From Scyliorhinus canicula (taxonomy: Eukaryota): 64,000 bases of DNA. Positions 1-11,626 of the stretch are shown one piece after another (within the stretch, counting starts at the first letter, position 1; each line of letters opens with the position of its first letter). The stretch is from positions 254,420,886-254,484,885 of the forward strand of contig NC_052147.1 in the NCBI RefSeq assembly GCF_902713615.1, given 5' to 3'. A program made the translations under genes and the position numbers. The notes under the pieces were generated by a model. That model was not told where the DNA came from and did no database searches. It saw only the letters and a list, made by a program, of their open reading frames with translations.

Positions 1-2557
1 AGGAAGTTCTCGGACCTGTCGGCCCGTTGTTTGTGAGGACTCTGAATGAGGCGAGGGGGGGGGGGGGGGGGGGGGTGGCTTTGCCCCCGACAATGTCTAG
101 AGCACTAATTTCTCTGATTTTGAAGCGGGATAAGGACCCCCTCCAGTGTGGGTCTTACAGGCCGATCTCGCTCCTCAACGTGGACGCGAAGCTGATGGCC
201 AAGATACTGTCCAGGAGGGTGGAGGATGTGGTTCCGCAGGTCATCCACGAGGACCAAACGGGGTTTGTGAAGGGGAGGCAGCTGAATGTCAATGTGCGGC
301 GACTTCTTAATGTTATAATGATGTCGGCGACGGACGGGGAGGCGGAAATAGTGGCATCGATGGATGCGGAGAAAGCTTTTGATAGGGTGGAGTGGAGTTA
401 CCTGTGGGAGGTGTTGAGGAGATTTGGGTTTGGTGAGGGGTTCATTAGTTGGGTGAGGCTACTGTACAGTGCTCCGGTGGCGAGCGTGGTGACGAATGGG
501 AGGAGGTCGGAGGACTTTCGGCTGTCCTGGGGGACGAGGCAGGGGTGCCCCTTGTCTTCCCTGCTTCTCGCGCTAGCGATTGAACCCCTGGCCATGGCAC
601 TGAGGGAATCGAGGAACTGGAGGGGAATTGTGCGGGGGGGGGGGGGGGGGGGGGGGGGGGGTGAGCACCGGCTGTCGTTGTACGCGGACGATTTACTGCT
701 GTACATTGCGGATCCGGCGGGGGGGATGCCAGAGGTGATGAGGATCCTGGGGGAGTTTGGTGACTTCTCTGGCTATAAGCTCAACGTGGGGAAGAGTGAA
801 TTGTTTTTGGTGCACATGGGGGACCAGGAGAGAGAGATAGGAGAGCTTCAGTTGAAGAGTGCAGAGAGGAGATTCAGGTATTTGGGAGTCCAGATAGCCA
901 GGTTCTGGGGGACCCTGCATAGGTTAAACTTTACGAGGCTGGCGGAGCAGATGGAGGAGGAGTTTAGGAAGTGGGATGTGTTGCCACTCTCCCTAGCGGG
1001 CAGGGTCCAGTCGGTTAAGATGGCGGTGCTCCCGAGGTTTTTGTTTCTTTTCCAGTGTCTACCCATCATGATTCCGAAAGCTTTCTTTAGGAGGGTTAAT
1101 AGGAGCATTTTGGGGTTTGTGTGGGCGCAGAAGACCCCAAGAGTGAGGAGGGTATTCTTGGAGCGAGGCAGGGAGGTGGGTGGGCTGGCGTTGCCCAACC
1201 TGTGTGGGTATTACTGGGCCGTGAATATGGCAATGATTCGTAGGTGGGTGATGGAGGGGGAGGGAGCTGCATGGAAGAGGATGGAGGCAGCGTCCTGTGT
1301 GGGCACGAGTTTGGAGGCACTGGTGACGGCCCCGCTGCCACTCCCCCCGGCAAGGTACTCGACGAGTCCAGTAGTGGTAGCTACCCTCGAAATCTGGGGT
1401 CAGTGGAGACGTAAGGGGGGGGGGGTGAAGGCCTCAGTTTGGTCCCCGCTACGGGGGAACCACTGGTTTGTACCAGGGAGGATAGATGGAGGGTTTTTGA
1501 GCTGGCATAGGGCAGGTATCAGGCGGATGGGGGACCTCTTCCTCGACTGGAAGTTTGCGACCCTAGAGGAGTTGGAGGGGAAGTGGGGTCTCCCCCCCAG
1601 GGAATACTTTTAGGTATATGCAGATTCGGGCATTTGTTAGGCGGCAGGCGGCGAAGTTTCCGCTATTGCCGCCAAGGGGGGTTCAGGATAGGGTGCTCTC
1701 GGGGACGTGGGTCGATGAGGGCAGGATCTCTGCAATTTATCAGGTGATGCAGGAGGGAGAAGAGGCCTCGGTGGAGGAGCTGAAAGCGAAGTGGAAAGAG
1801 GAGCTGGGGAGGCGATTGATGAGGGGACGTGGGCAGACGCCCTGGGGAGGGTAAATTCTTCCTCTTCTTGCGTACGGCTTAGTTTAATTCAGCTAAAGAT
1901 GCTGCACAGGGCACATATGACTGGGACCAGGCTGAGCCGGTTCTTTGTGGGTGAGGACAGGTGTGGGAGGTGTTTGGGAAGCCCAGCGAATCACACCCAT
2001 ATGTTTTGGGCTTGTCCGGCGCTGGAGGGTTTCTGGAAGGGGGTGGCGGGGACCTTGTCCAAGGTGGTTGGTTCCAGGGTGGATCCGGGCTGGGGGCTCA
2101 CTATTTTTGGGGTGGCATCGGAGCTGGGAGTGCAGGAGGTGAGAGAGGCTGGTATTCTGGCCTTTGCGTCCCTAGTAGCCCAGCGCAGGATCCTTTTACA
2201 GTGGAGGGACACGACGCCCCCGAGCACGGAGTCCTAGATTAGCGACATGGCTGGGTTCATCAAACTGGAGAGGGTCAAGTTTGCCCTGAGGGGGTTGGTG
2301 CCTCAAGGGTTCTTTCGGCGGTGGCAGCCCTTTCTTGATTTCCTGGCGGAGTGTTAGAGGGTGGTCAATTTCAGCAGCAACCCGGGGGGGGGGGGGGGGG
2401 GGGGGAATTTGGCTCGGTTATGGGGGTTTGTTCTTACGGTTCTATGTTTATTACTCTTTCTTGTTGTTAATTTATTGCTTTGTCTGGGGGGGAGGGGTTT
2501 CTTTTTTTTCTTTTTGTTTCCTTTGTTGGGATAAAATTTGTTGTTGAAGAAAAAAGA
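1..2557 (+). mobile_element. L1/Tx1-clade LINE, ORF2 RT domain to 3' end (cut by window start; frameshifted)
   Basis: ORF 27..1613 has SYRPISLLNVDAKL, DAEKAFDRVEW, GTRQGCPLS and LYADD. The C-terminal CCHC-type region (CGRC..ANHTHMFW.CP) is in ORF 1791..2237. The stop is at 2355-2357, followed by G-rich/T-rich 3' UTR and an A-rich end. Confidence 0.93.
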
Positions 2558-2914
2558 AACATCACAGTTAAAACAAGCCTCGCCTTCAAAGCTGGTTGTG
2601 AGCTCAGATTCAATTTATTACCATTGAAGCTTCTGAAAATTGCTGGTCTTCTGGGATGTTCTCAAAATTAAGCTTCAATTAGCCGCAAGGAAACAAATAG
2701 TAAAAACTTTTAAAGTATTTTATTAATTTACAAAGAAACTGATGACTGTTCACTAATAGTTCTGTATAGATTTTTTAAAGGTCATTTAACATTGGATTAC
2801 TCACAGTTGGTAGACATCCCTCCGCCAGGCAGGTACCAACGCTGGTCGGGGGGGAGCATAAAATTACATGGATGAGATTCCCGCCAGGATCGCACCTGTC
2901 CCGATCCAGACACA

Positions 2915-3520
2915 GGGCGGAATTCTCTGTCCCTGAGGCCAATAGAGAATCTACGGGTCATTCATGATGGGAAAATCGGCACAAACCCCTCACCGGTACC
3001 GGTTAAACACCGTCGGATTGGGCAGAAAATGGGCAGAGAATCACCGAGTCCCAGCCACGCATGCGCAGGGCTGACAAACTGTATCGGTTGCGCTGGAAAA
3101 CATGGCACCGGCAGTGCTGGACCGCGTATCCGCCCACCCCAACTTCACAGCCACCCCCTGGATATCCCCCCCACTCTCCCCAGCCCTAGCAGAAGCCACA
3201 CTCGGCCAGTGGCACGGAGTCCGGCTGTGTGTGGCAGCGCTGGACACTGTCCGCAACCAGCACGGCAGGGCACTGACCACTGGGACAACAGGTGGCCTGG
3301 GCCGTCAGGAACTCGGCCCTCGGAGGCGGAACGTTGCAGCTGATGATGCGCCAACGGCATTGCGACTGTGCGTGACGTGTGTCCCGATGACGCGATTTGG
3401 AGGGGTGGAGCATCGCAAACAGGCGTCAAACGTGTGCCTGCCTCGAATCCGGCGTCGGAGGTCATTCTCCGTCAGATCGCCGATCCAGATTTTGGGTTCG
3501 CGCAATGGAGAATTCCGCTC
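2915..3520. mobile_element. GC-rich non-autonomous TIR element (MITE)
   Basis: Ends GGGCGGAATTCTC ... GAGAATTCCGCTC. Flanked by 3-bp direct repeat ACA (2912-2914 and 3521-3523). Confidence 0.8.
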
Positions 3521-5117
3521 ACAATTTATAGACACCGATTGGATGCTGACGCTGAATAGAAAAATTAACTTTCTCGATCATAAGCGGGTAGTGGGGTCCC
3601 CTTCGGATTTCGGGAGCCCTCCTCTTCGGGACCTCAGCCCATGCCCCCTACCACCCCACCCAAACACCACCACCTCCCCTCCTCTCCCCCTGGCCTAGCC
3701 ACTGAGACTGAGATCACCCCCCCCCTCTTGACTTCTCAGGGCATCTTCAACCCTCCCACACCCGAGACACCTGGAACTTTCCTGAATTGCGATTCCGGGA
3801 CTCAGGCTTAGGCATAGCACTGGAATATCTCTGATTCGCCTACAGCTCTCCAAGGCAGGACTTTCATCCAAGAGCAGATGGACGTCCTGCCTACTGCCAA
3901 TCAGTTCTCAGTTGGGCGTAAAATAAGAGCAAATCTGCTGGAGTCGATGGCGATGCATTCTCTGCAGAATCTCATGATGGCAGGCGTCGCCCACGTGCCA
4001 TCCTGAAAATTCAGCCCATGCTTATTTTATGGCAAATCCATTCACAGATGTATTATTAAAGTGGCATGAAGAAATTACTCTTAAATTAATGGATTTATAA
4101 AATGCACTGTTACCTTCCAAAAAATTGTCCAATCACGCTGGCTCACACCAGATTTTATGTTCAGTGATATGTAAATGCATTTTGGCAGAAATATTAGGAA
4201 AAAGCACTCCTGAGAACTATCACAAGATGCACCCGGATTGCCAATTGTGCCCAAAAAAGAAATTCTTGGTCAATATTTTGCTCAGTTAATAGCTCAACCA
4301 ACTGTCTAACTCACAACCCAGAAAACAACTCTTACCATGAATCTTGCTATTTCCCCGTACCAAATATTCAGAAGGAATTCTTGAGTGATGTACCACTTAC
4401 TGTTAATTTAGGTTGAACTCGAAGGGGATAGGTGCATGTAGTCGGGGAGCCCGAGAACTAGGTTGGGACTACCAGCATTCATATCATAAAGGATGTTTAG
4501 AAGAGTTTATTGCATCTGGTGCTTTTGATTATAGGATTACAGAAGGCCAAGGTTTACATATGTGTTCCCCTTTTCGCAGTGTGAAAAACATTCTGTTATT
4601 CCATCACTAGAATAGACGACCCACATTTTGGTGATCTGTATTCTTCTGTGGTTGACATTCTGGTCCAACAGTGAAAGAATATAATGTTGATAAGCTGTCC
4701 TGCCCAATTTCCTGAAATATATTATACAATGCAATCTCCTAACTGTTATCGCAGGCCAACTGGTGAATAGACATACATGGCAGAAGTTGGCTGGATAATG
4801 GCTTTACTATCATGCCATATAAACATTTTATAATCTAATCCCTTTTTAGGAATAAAATCTATCTGATTTGTATTCACTTTATCTGCCTTTCTGCTAGTAT
4901 CAGTATTTCTCTTATAAAACATCAGGTGAAGATTTATTTACCCGTTGCCAGGGTACGATATACTTAACGTACCGGAGTCTTAGATGGGACCTTAGGAAAT
5001 TGGTGTCTCTAACTTGATTACATTCCTTAAATTTGTGATCCTTCAACATGTTACGTCAAAGCACTAGTGCACAGTATTGCAAATAAAGGTCTATGTGGAT
5101 AGTTATTGTATGTAATA

Positions 5118-5449
5118 GGCAGCACGGTAGCATGGTAGCACAAATGGATAGCACTGTGGATTCACAGCGCCAGGGTTCCAGGTTCGATTCCCCGCTTGGT
5201 CACTGTCTGTGCAGAGTCTGCACGTTCTCCCAGTGTCTGCGTGGGTTTCCTTCGGGTGCTCCGGTTTCTTCCCACAGTCCAAAGACGTGCAGGTTAGGTG
5301 GATTGGCCATGATAAATTGCCTTAGTGACCAAAAAAAAAAGGTTGGCAGGGGTTACTGGGTTGCAGGGATAGGGTGGAAGTGAGGGCTTAAGTGGGTCGG
5401 TGCAGACTTGATGGGCTGAATGGCCTCCTTCTGCACTGTATGTTCTATG
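5118..5449 (+). mobile_element. HE1-like V-SINE with CR1(HER1)-type tail
   Basis: tRNA-like head (GGTTCGATTCC B box), V-domain TGCGTGGGTTTCC..GGTGCTCCGGTTTC..CCCACAGTCCAAAGA, tail GATGGGCTGAATGGCCTCCTTCTGCACTGTA. Confidence 0.9.
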
Positions 5450-5645
5450 TATATGAATCAACATAATTTTATAAATTAAGGCTAGCAATGTATTCAGGTG
5501 TGTGAGGAGGGTTTGAAAACTGTCACAGAATCATAGATATGTTACGGTGCAGAAGGAAGCCATTTGGCCCATTGAGTATGCACTGGCTCTCCAAATGAGC
5601 ATTATGACTTAGCGTCATTCTCCTGTCTTTTTCCTTGCACATTGT

Positions 5646-5851
5646 GGCCAGAATCCTGCAGTCGTTTGCTGGCAGCGGGATTCTCTGGTGCCACCGACAG
5701 CGCACGCCGGCGGGCGGGTTTCCCAGCAGTGTGAGGTTGCTACAATGGGAATTCCTATTGACAATGGTGGGAGCAGATATCCTGCCGTCAGCGAACTGCG
5801 TTCCGCCTCCAGCCAACAAACACATGGCTGGGAGGCTGGAGAATCCCGTCC
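5646..5851. mobile_element. Short (~200 bp) MITE of the GGGCGGGATTCTC-ended group
   Basis: Degenerate TIRs and a central palindrome AATGGGAATTCCTATT. Related copies at about 20205-20400 and 29956-30133. Confidence 0.6.
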
Positions 5852-6009
5852 TTGTTCTATTTCAGCTTCTACTTGAATATCTGGATTAAACCTGCCTCAA
5901 CCACCCTTCCAGGCAATGAACTCCAGACCAATTAGAAAGTTAGAAGAGTCGTGGGATAACTTTTGCCTTCAGTTTCTGGCAGTAATCAAATGGAGTGATT
6001 TGCTTGAAA

Positions 6010-6584
6010 GCCCAGCACAGTGGTTAGCACTGCTGCTTCACAGCTCCAGGGACCCGGATTCAATTCCGGCTTTGGGCGACTGTCTGTGTGGAGTTTGCTC
6101 TTTCTCCCTGTATCTGAGTGGATTTCCTCTGAGGGATCCGGTTTCCTCCCACAGTCCAAGGATGTGTAGGTTGGGTGGATTGGCCATGCTAAATTGCCCC
6201 TTAGTGTCCAGTGAGGTGCAGGTTAGGTGGATTGGCCAAAATAAATGTGTGGGGTTGCGTGGTTAGGACTGGGGTGTGGGCCTCAGTAGAGTCCTTTTTC
6301 GGAATATAGGTACATACTCCTTCTGCACAGTTGGGTCTTTGTGGATCTTCCACCTGTCTCACAGATTGTAGAATCCAAAATTAATAATATGAGAATCAGT
6401 CCAAAGATGTGCAGGTTAGGTGGATTGGCCGTGCTAAATTGCCCTTAGTGTTCAAAAAGGTTAAGTGGGGGTGACTGGGTTATGGGGATAGGGTAGAGAC
6501 TTGGGCTTGAGTAGGGTTCTCTTTGTAAGGGCCGGTGCAGACTCGATGGGCCGTGTGGCCTCCTTCTGCACTGTAAATTCTATG
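6010..6584 (+). mobile_element. HE1-like SINE followed by a second HE1 3' half
   Basis: Same V-domain and tail motifs as 5118-5449. Confidence 0.85.
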
Positions 6585-7174
6585 GAAGGAGGGCTGTACA
6601 ATGGGTGGGTGATTTATTCCATTGAATTATTACCCAGGAAAGCGAAGGTGTAAATCATCCAACGTATTTGGGAAGTAACAGTTGAGCTATTTTATTCCTG
6701 GTGTTTGAAATGGAACAGGATGGGCTTGTGCAGCATGGTGCGTGTAGAAGGCCGATGGAAATTTGCTTCTCACTGCGGGGGGGGGGGGGGGGGGGGAGCG
6801 TGAACAACTGCTACCTGGCATAACTTTACATAGTGCTTCTCAAAGTGATTCTAGATTCTATTCAGATGTCAGGCCAAACTGAAAATGGGCCTTAATGCAT
6901 TGGCAAAAATAACACAAAATAATTGGTAAGTTTAGTCTCAATCTTACAAGGATAATCATCCCCTTTTGCCCCACAAAGGATGCGGCCCATTGAATCGGAG
7001 CACAGATTTGTCATTTGCATGTCACTGACGGTAATTTTATGGGGAAAGAGAAAGTCGACACAGTCTCTGCAAAGCTCAGCAAATACTATTTTGCATTTTA
7101 ATTGAGTGAATCATTCATCTAACATTAGGGGAAATGAGCTCAGCAGATGTCCTGGTTGGTACATGTGGTCATGA

Positions 7175-7790
7175 TTTCTAGTTACTCACTCAAGGGTGTG
7201 AGCTTGGCTGGCAAGACCAACATTTATTGTCCATTCTTAACTACCCTGAAGAAGATAGTGATAGGCTGCCTGTATGCTGAAGGCACTCCCACAGTGCTGT
7301 TAGTTAGAAACCCAGTGACACTGGAGGAACAGTAATTTATTTCCAAGTCAGGACTATGTGCGATTTAGAGGCCAGTTTGGAACTGGTAGTGTGGCCATGT
7401 GCCTGTCATTCTTGTCCTTCAAAGTGCTAGAGGTCGTGGGATTTAGAGATGATGGCAAAGAAGCCTAGTCAAGTTGTTGTCATGCATCTTGCTGATGGTA
7501 CACACAGAAGACACTGTGTGCCGGTGGTGGAGGGAGTAAATAGTTTAGGTGGTAGATAGAGTGCAGCCAAGTTTCTTTGGATGGTGATGAGATTCTTCAG
7601 TGTTGTTGCTGCAATCATCCATGACCATAGGAAATAGTCCATCACACTCCTCACTTGTGTCTTGTTGATGTGAACAAGTTTTGGGGAATCAAGAGGTCAG
7701 TAACTTGTTAGCCAGCCTGTCACTTCTTTTCGTAGCCACAGTTTTTATTTTGGGGATCTAATTAAGTTTTTGGTCCATGGTAATCCCAAG
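7175..7790 (-). mobile_element. Old CR1-type LINE 3' fragment
   Basis: Similar to 23458-24470 and 52232-52800. The minus-strand translation resembles the CR1 ORF2 C-terminus. Confidence 0.65.
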
Positions 7791-8030
7791 ATGGCACAGT
7801 GGTTAGCACTGCTGCCTCACAGTGCAAGGGACCCAGGTTCAATTCCGGCCTTGGGTGACTATCTGCGTGGAGTTTGTACATTCTCCCCATGTTTGCCTGA
7901 ATTTTCTACGGGTGTTCTGGTTTCCTCCCACAGTCCAAAGATGTGCAAGTTAAGTGGATTGTCCATGTTAACTCCCTCCTTAGTATCCAAAGATGTGTAG
8001 GTTAGGTTAAGGGGCTATTGGGATAGGGCG
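7791..8030 (+). mobile_element. HE1-like SINE (3' truncated)
   Basis: GGCACAGTGGTTAGCACTGCTGCCTCACAG head plus V-domain. Confidence 0.85.
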
Positions 8031-8258
8031 TGTCATGATATGCAGACATGCACATAATGAGATACAGACAGGCAGCTAATGAACACAGAGAACAGGAGAT
8101 AACTAATCAGCAGGCAGAAGTCTTGGGAGTGGTTTCCCACTATAAAAGGCACGAGGCACTCACACTCCACCTCTTTCCACTGGGGACATCTACAAAGTGA
8201 GACCGGTGTATATATCACATAATACCTACAGCATGTGGCTAAGAGCTAGTCTGGTTCA
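8031..8258 (+). mobile_element. Partial Gypsy-type LTR fragment
   Basis: Starts abruptly with TGTCATGA and contains TATAAAA at about 8141. No closing CA/TSD found. Confidence 0.4.
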
Positions 8259-11200
8259 GTCAGACAGATTTGGTCTATTGCATTCGCTGCTCCCAATGTG
8301 GTCTCCTCTATATCGGAGAGACCAAACGCAGACTTTGTGATCGTTTTGCTGAGCACCTTTGGTCTGTGCTCATTCAGGATCCTGACCTCCCCGTTGCTTG
8401 CCATTTTTTTTTTATAAATGTTTTTTATTGAGTTTTCATATTTTATATATGACAAATTACAAATTATTAGAGAGAAAAAAAAAAGAAAACACAAAAATTT
8501 AACATGAATATTTCCAGGTAAGCATCTTCACAACAACAATTGTGGCCGCTCCCTTTAGCCAGCATACATATTTTACATTCCCCAATATGGCCGAGGCACA
8601 TGTTTATAGGCATTTATTTATAGTTTGGTTTTGGGCCTTGGCTTGCCATCAAACTCCCATAACAAGCCTGTACCCCCCCCCCCCCCCCTCCACCTTCCCC
8701 CGATTCCCGTCCATTTTCCCCTGATTCTTGACCACCCGACTATTCTTCCTCTTGTACGTTGGCCACAAACAGGTCCCGGAACAGTTGCATGAATGGCTCC
8801 CACGTTCTGTGGAAGCCGTCGTCCGACCCTCGGATGGTGAATTTGATTTTCTCCATTTGGAGAGATTCCGAGAGGTCGGACAGCCAGTCTGCAGCTCTGG
8901 GCGGTGCTGCTGACCACCAGCCAAACAGGATTCTACGGCGGGCGATCAGGGAGGCAAAGGCAAGGGCGTCCGCCCTCCTCCCCAGGAATAGATCTGGCTG
9001 GTCTGAAACCCCGAAGACCGCCACTATCGGGCATGGCTCCACCCTCACCCCCACCACTTTGGACATAGCCTCGAAGAAGGCTGTCCAGTACTCCACAAGT
9101 CTGGGGCAAGACCAGAACATGTGGGCATGGTTGGCCGGGCCTCTTTGGCACCGCTCACATCTGTCCTCCACCTCCGGGAAGAACCTACTCATACGGTTTC
9201 TCGTTAAGTGGGCTCTATGTACCACTTTTAGTTGCGTCAGGCTGAGCCTTGCGCACGTGGAGGTGGAGTTGACCCTATGCAGTGCTTCGCTCCAGAGTCC
9301 CCACCCTATCTCCATCCCCAGGTCGTCCTCCCATTTCCTTCTTGTTGCATCCAGTACGGTGTCGTCCCTATCTACCAGTCGGTCATACATGTCACTACAG
9401 TTCCCTTTCTCTAGGATACTTGCGTCCAGTAGGTCTTCCAGTAGTGTCTGTCGTGGCGGTTGTGGGTACGTCCTTGTCTCCTTTCGTAGGAAGTTTTTGA
9501 GCTGCAGGTACCGTAGCTCGTTCCCCCCAGCTAGCTGAAATTTCTCTGTCAGTTCGTCCAGTGTTGCGATCCTGTCGTCCGTGTATAGGTCCCTGACTGT
9601 CAGTGTCCCCCCGTCCTGCCTCCACCTTTTGAAGGTGGCGTCAGTCAGTGCTGGTTTGAACCTATGGTTGTTGCAGATGGGAGCCTTGCCCGACATTTTG
9701 TACAGGCCAAATTGCTGCCGCAGTTGGTTCCAGGATTGGAGGGTGGCTGTCACCACTGGGCTGCTGGAGTGTTTTTTGGGTGGGGATGGGAGTGCTGCCG
9801 TGGCGAGGGCCCGGAGGGAGGTTCCCATGCAGGAGGCCTCCTCCGCACGCACCCACTCGGCTTCTGGCTCCTGGATCCATCCCCTTACTCGCTCGGCTGT
9901 TGCCGCCCAGTGGTAGAATTGTAGATTCGGGAGGGCTAGCCCCCCCTGGATTTTGTTTTTTGTAGGACCTTCTTTGGGATCCTAGCATTTTTACCCCCCC
10001 ATACGAACGCCATGATAAGTTTGTCCAGCGCTTTGAAAAAGGCCTTGGGGATGTAGATCGGAATGGATCTAAACAGGAAGAGGAACCTGGGCAGTACGTT
10101 CATTTTGATCATCTGGACTCTCTCTGCGAGGGAGAGTGGGAGTGTGTTCCATCTTTGCAGGTCCTTTTTAACTTCCTCCGTCAGGCTGGTGAGGTTCCAT
10201 TTGTGGATTCCTTTCCAGTCATGGGCTATTTGGGTCCCCAGGTAGCGGAATTTATGTTGGGCTTGTTTGAACGGCAGCCCCTTTAGTGCTGCCCCCCCCC
10301 ACCTTGCGGGTGTACTGGGAAGATCTCACTTTTGCTCATGTTGTGTTTGTAGCCCGAGAAGACTCCAAACTCTTTCAGGAGCGCGATGATTCCGTCCATG
10401 CTGCTTTGTGGGTCCGAGATATAGAGGAGCAGATCATCCGCATGGAGTGAGACTCTGTGCTCTCTACGTCCCCTTCGGATCCCCCTCCAATTTTTTGCTG
10501 CCCTGAGCGCGATTGCTAGCGGTTTAATTGCTAGTGCGAACAGCAGCGATGACAGTGGGCATCCTTGTCTGGTTCCCCTGTGCAGCTGGAAGTATTGGGA
10601 GTTGGTATTGTTGGTCCGTACACTCGCCATGGGAGCATTGTACAGGAGCTTTACCCAAGCGGTGAACCCTGTTCCAAGCCCGAACCGCTCCAGTACCTCT
10701 ATGAGGTATTTCCATTCGACTCTGTCGAAGGCCTTTTCTGCGTCCAGGGAGATGATCACCTCTTGTGTTCTCTCCCCGGAGGGGGTCATTATCACGTTCA
10801 GCAGGCGCCTGATGTTCGCGGTAAGCTGTCTACCTTTGACGAAGCCCGTCTGGTCCTCTGTGACCACCTCAGGTACACAGTCTTCTAGCCCTTTGGCTAG
10901 GATTTTGGCCAGTATTTTGGCGTCTGCGTTCAGCAGGGATATGGGTCTGTTGCTTGCCACTTTAACAAAAGACCCTGCTCCCGTGCCGACATGTCAGTCC
11001 TTGGCCTGCTTCGATATTCCAGTGAAGCTCAACGCAAACTGGAGGAACAACATCTCATCTTCTGGTTAAGCACGCTACGGCCTTCCAGTCTCAACATCGA
11101 ATTCAAGAACTTCAGATGATTAGCTTCCACCCCACCTGACCCATTTGTTTTCATTGCATTTCATTTTAACTGTCTTTTACCATTTCTTTCTTTCGTAACA

Positions 11201-11626
11201 TATATTAACCTCCCCCGCCCCACCACCATCTTATCCACCTTTCCTTACCCTTTCTCCACTTTGCTTCCCCCTTCCCCTCATCCCACATTTACATGTGTCA
11301 GTTTACCTTCTGATGTCAGTTTCTGTGCTGTTTGGCCTTTCACACCTTTTATTCTCTCTGGGGACTGCCATTAACACTCTTTCCCCTTGGTTTCTGTGGC
11401 CATTAGCACCCGATTTCCCTGGGTTTCTGTGGCTATGACTCATCTTTCATTCTCACTCCACAGTATAAATATTTCCCACTTTCTCTGTCTGTCAGCTTTG
11501 ACAGAGTCATTGGACTCAAAATATCAGCTCTTTTCTCTCCCTACAGATGCTGCCAGACCTGCTGAGATTTTCCAACGTTTTCTTTTTGCTTTCAGATTCC
11601 AGCATCTGCAGTAATTTGCTTTTATC
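8259..11626 (+). mobile_element. Penelope-like element 3' part (GIY-YIG endonuclease and terminal region), split by the L1 at 8404-10948
   Basis: Translation LVYCIRCSQCGLLYIGETKRRLCDRFAEH..VACHF continues after the L1 as VACHFNKRPCS..EEQHLIFWLSTLRPSSLNIEF. The 3' end has the typical CAGATGCTGCCAGACCTGCTGAG..TTCCAGCATCTGCAG. Confidence 0.85.
8404..10948 (-). mobile_element. 5'-truncated L1/Tx1-clade LINE with poly(A) tail and 11-bp TSD
   Basis: RT motifs in ORF 10283..10960 (DAEKAFDRVEW, GTRQGCPLS, LHADD) and a CCHC-type C-terminus in 8740..9852. T-run at 8404-8413. TSD GTTGCTTGCCA at 8393-8403 and 10949-10959. Confidence 0.95.

Noticed and set aside
5118-5200. tRNA-like A/B boxes here and in other SINE heads
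   Set aside because: They run directly into SINE bodies and tails and do not form complete cloverleafs, so they are not tRNA genes.
8759-9538. 259-aa plus-strand ORF
   Set aside because: Antisense to L1 ORF2, a shadow frame.
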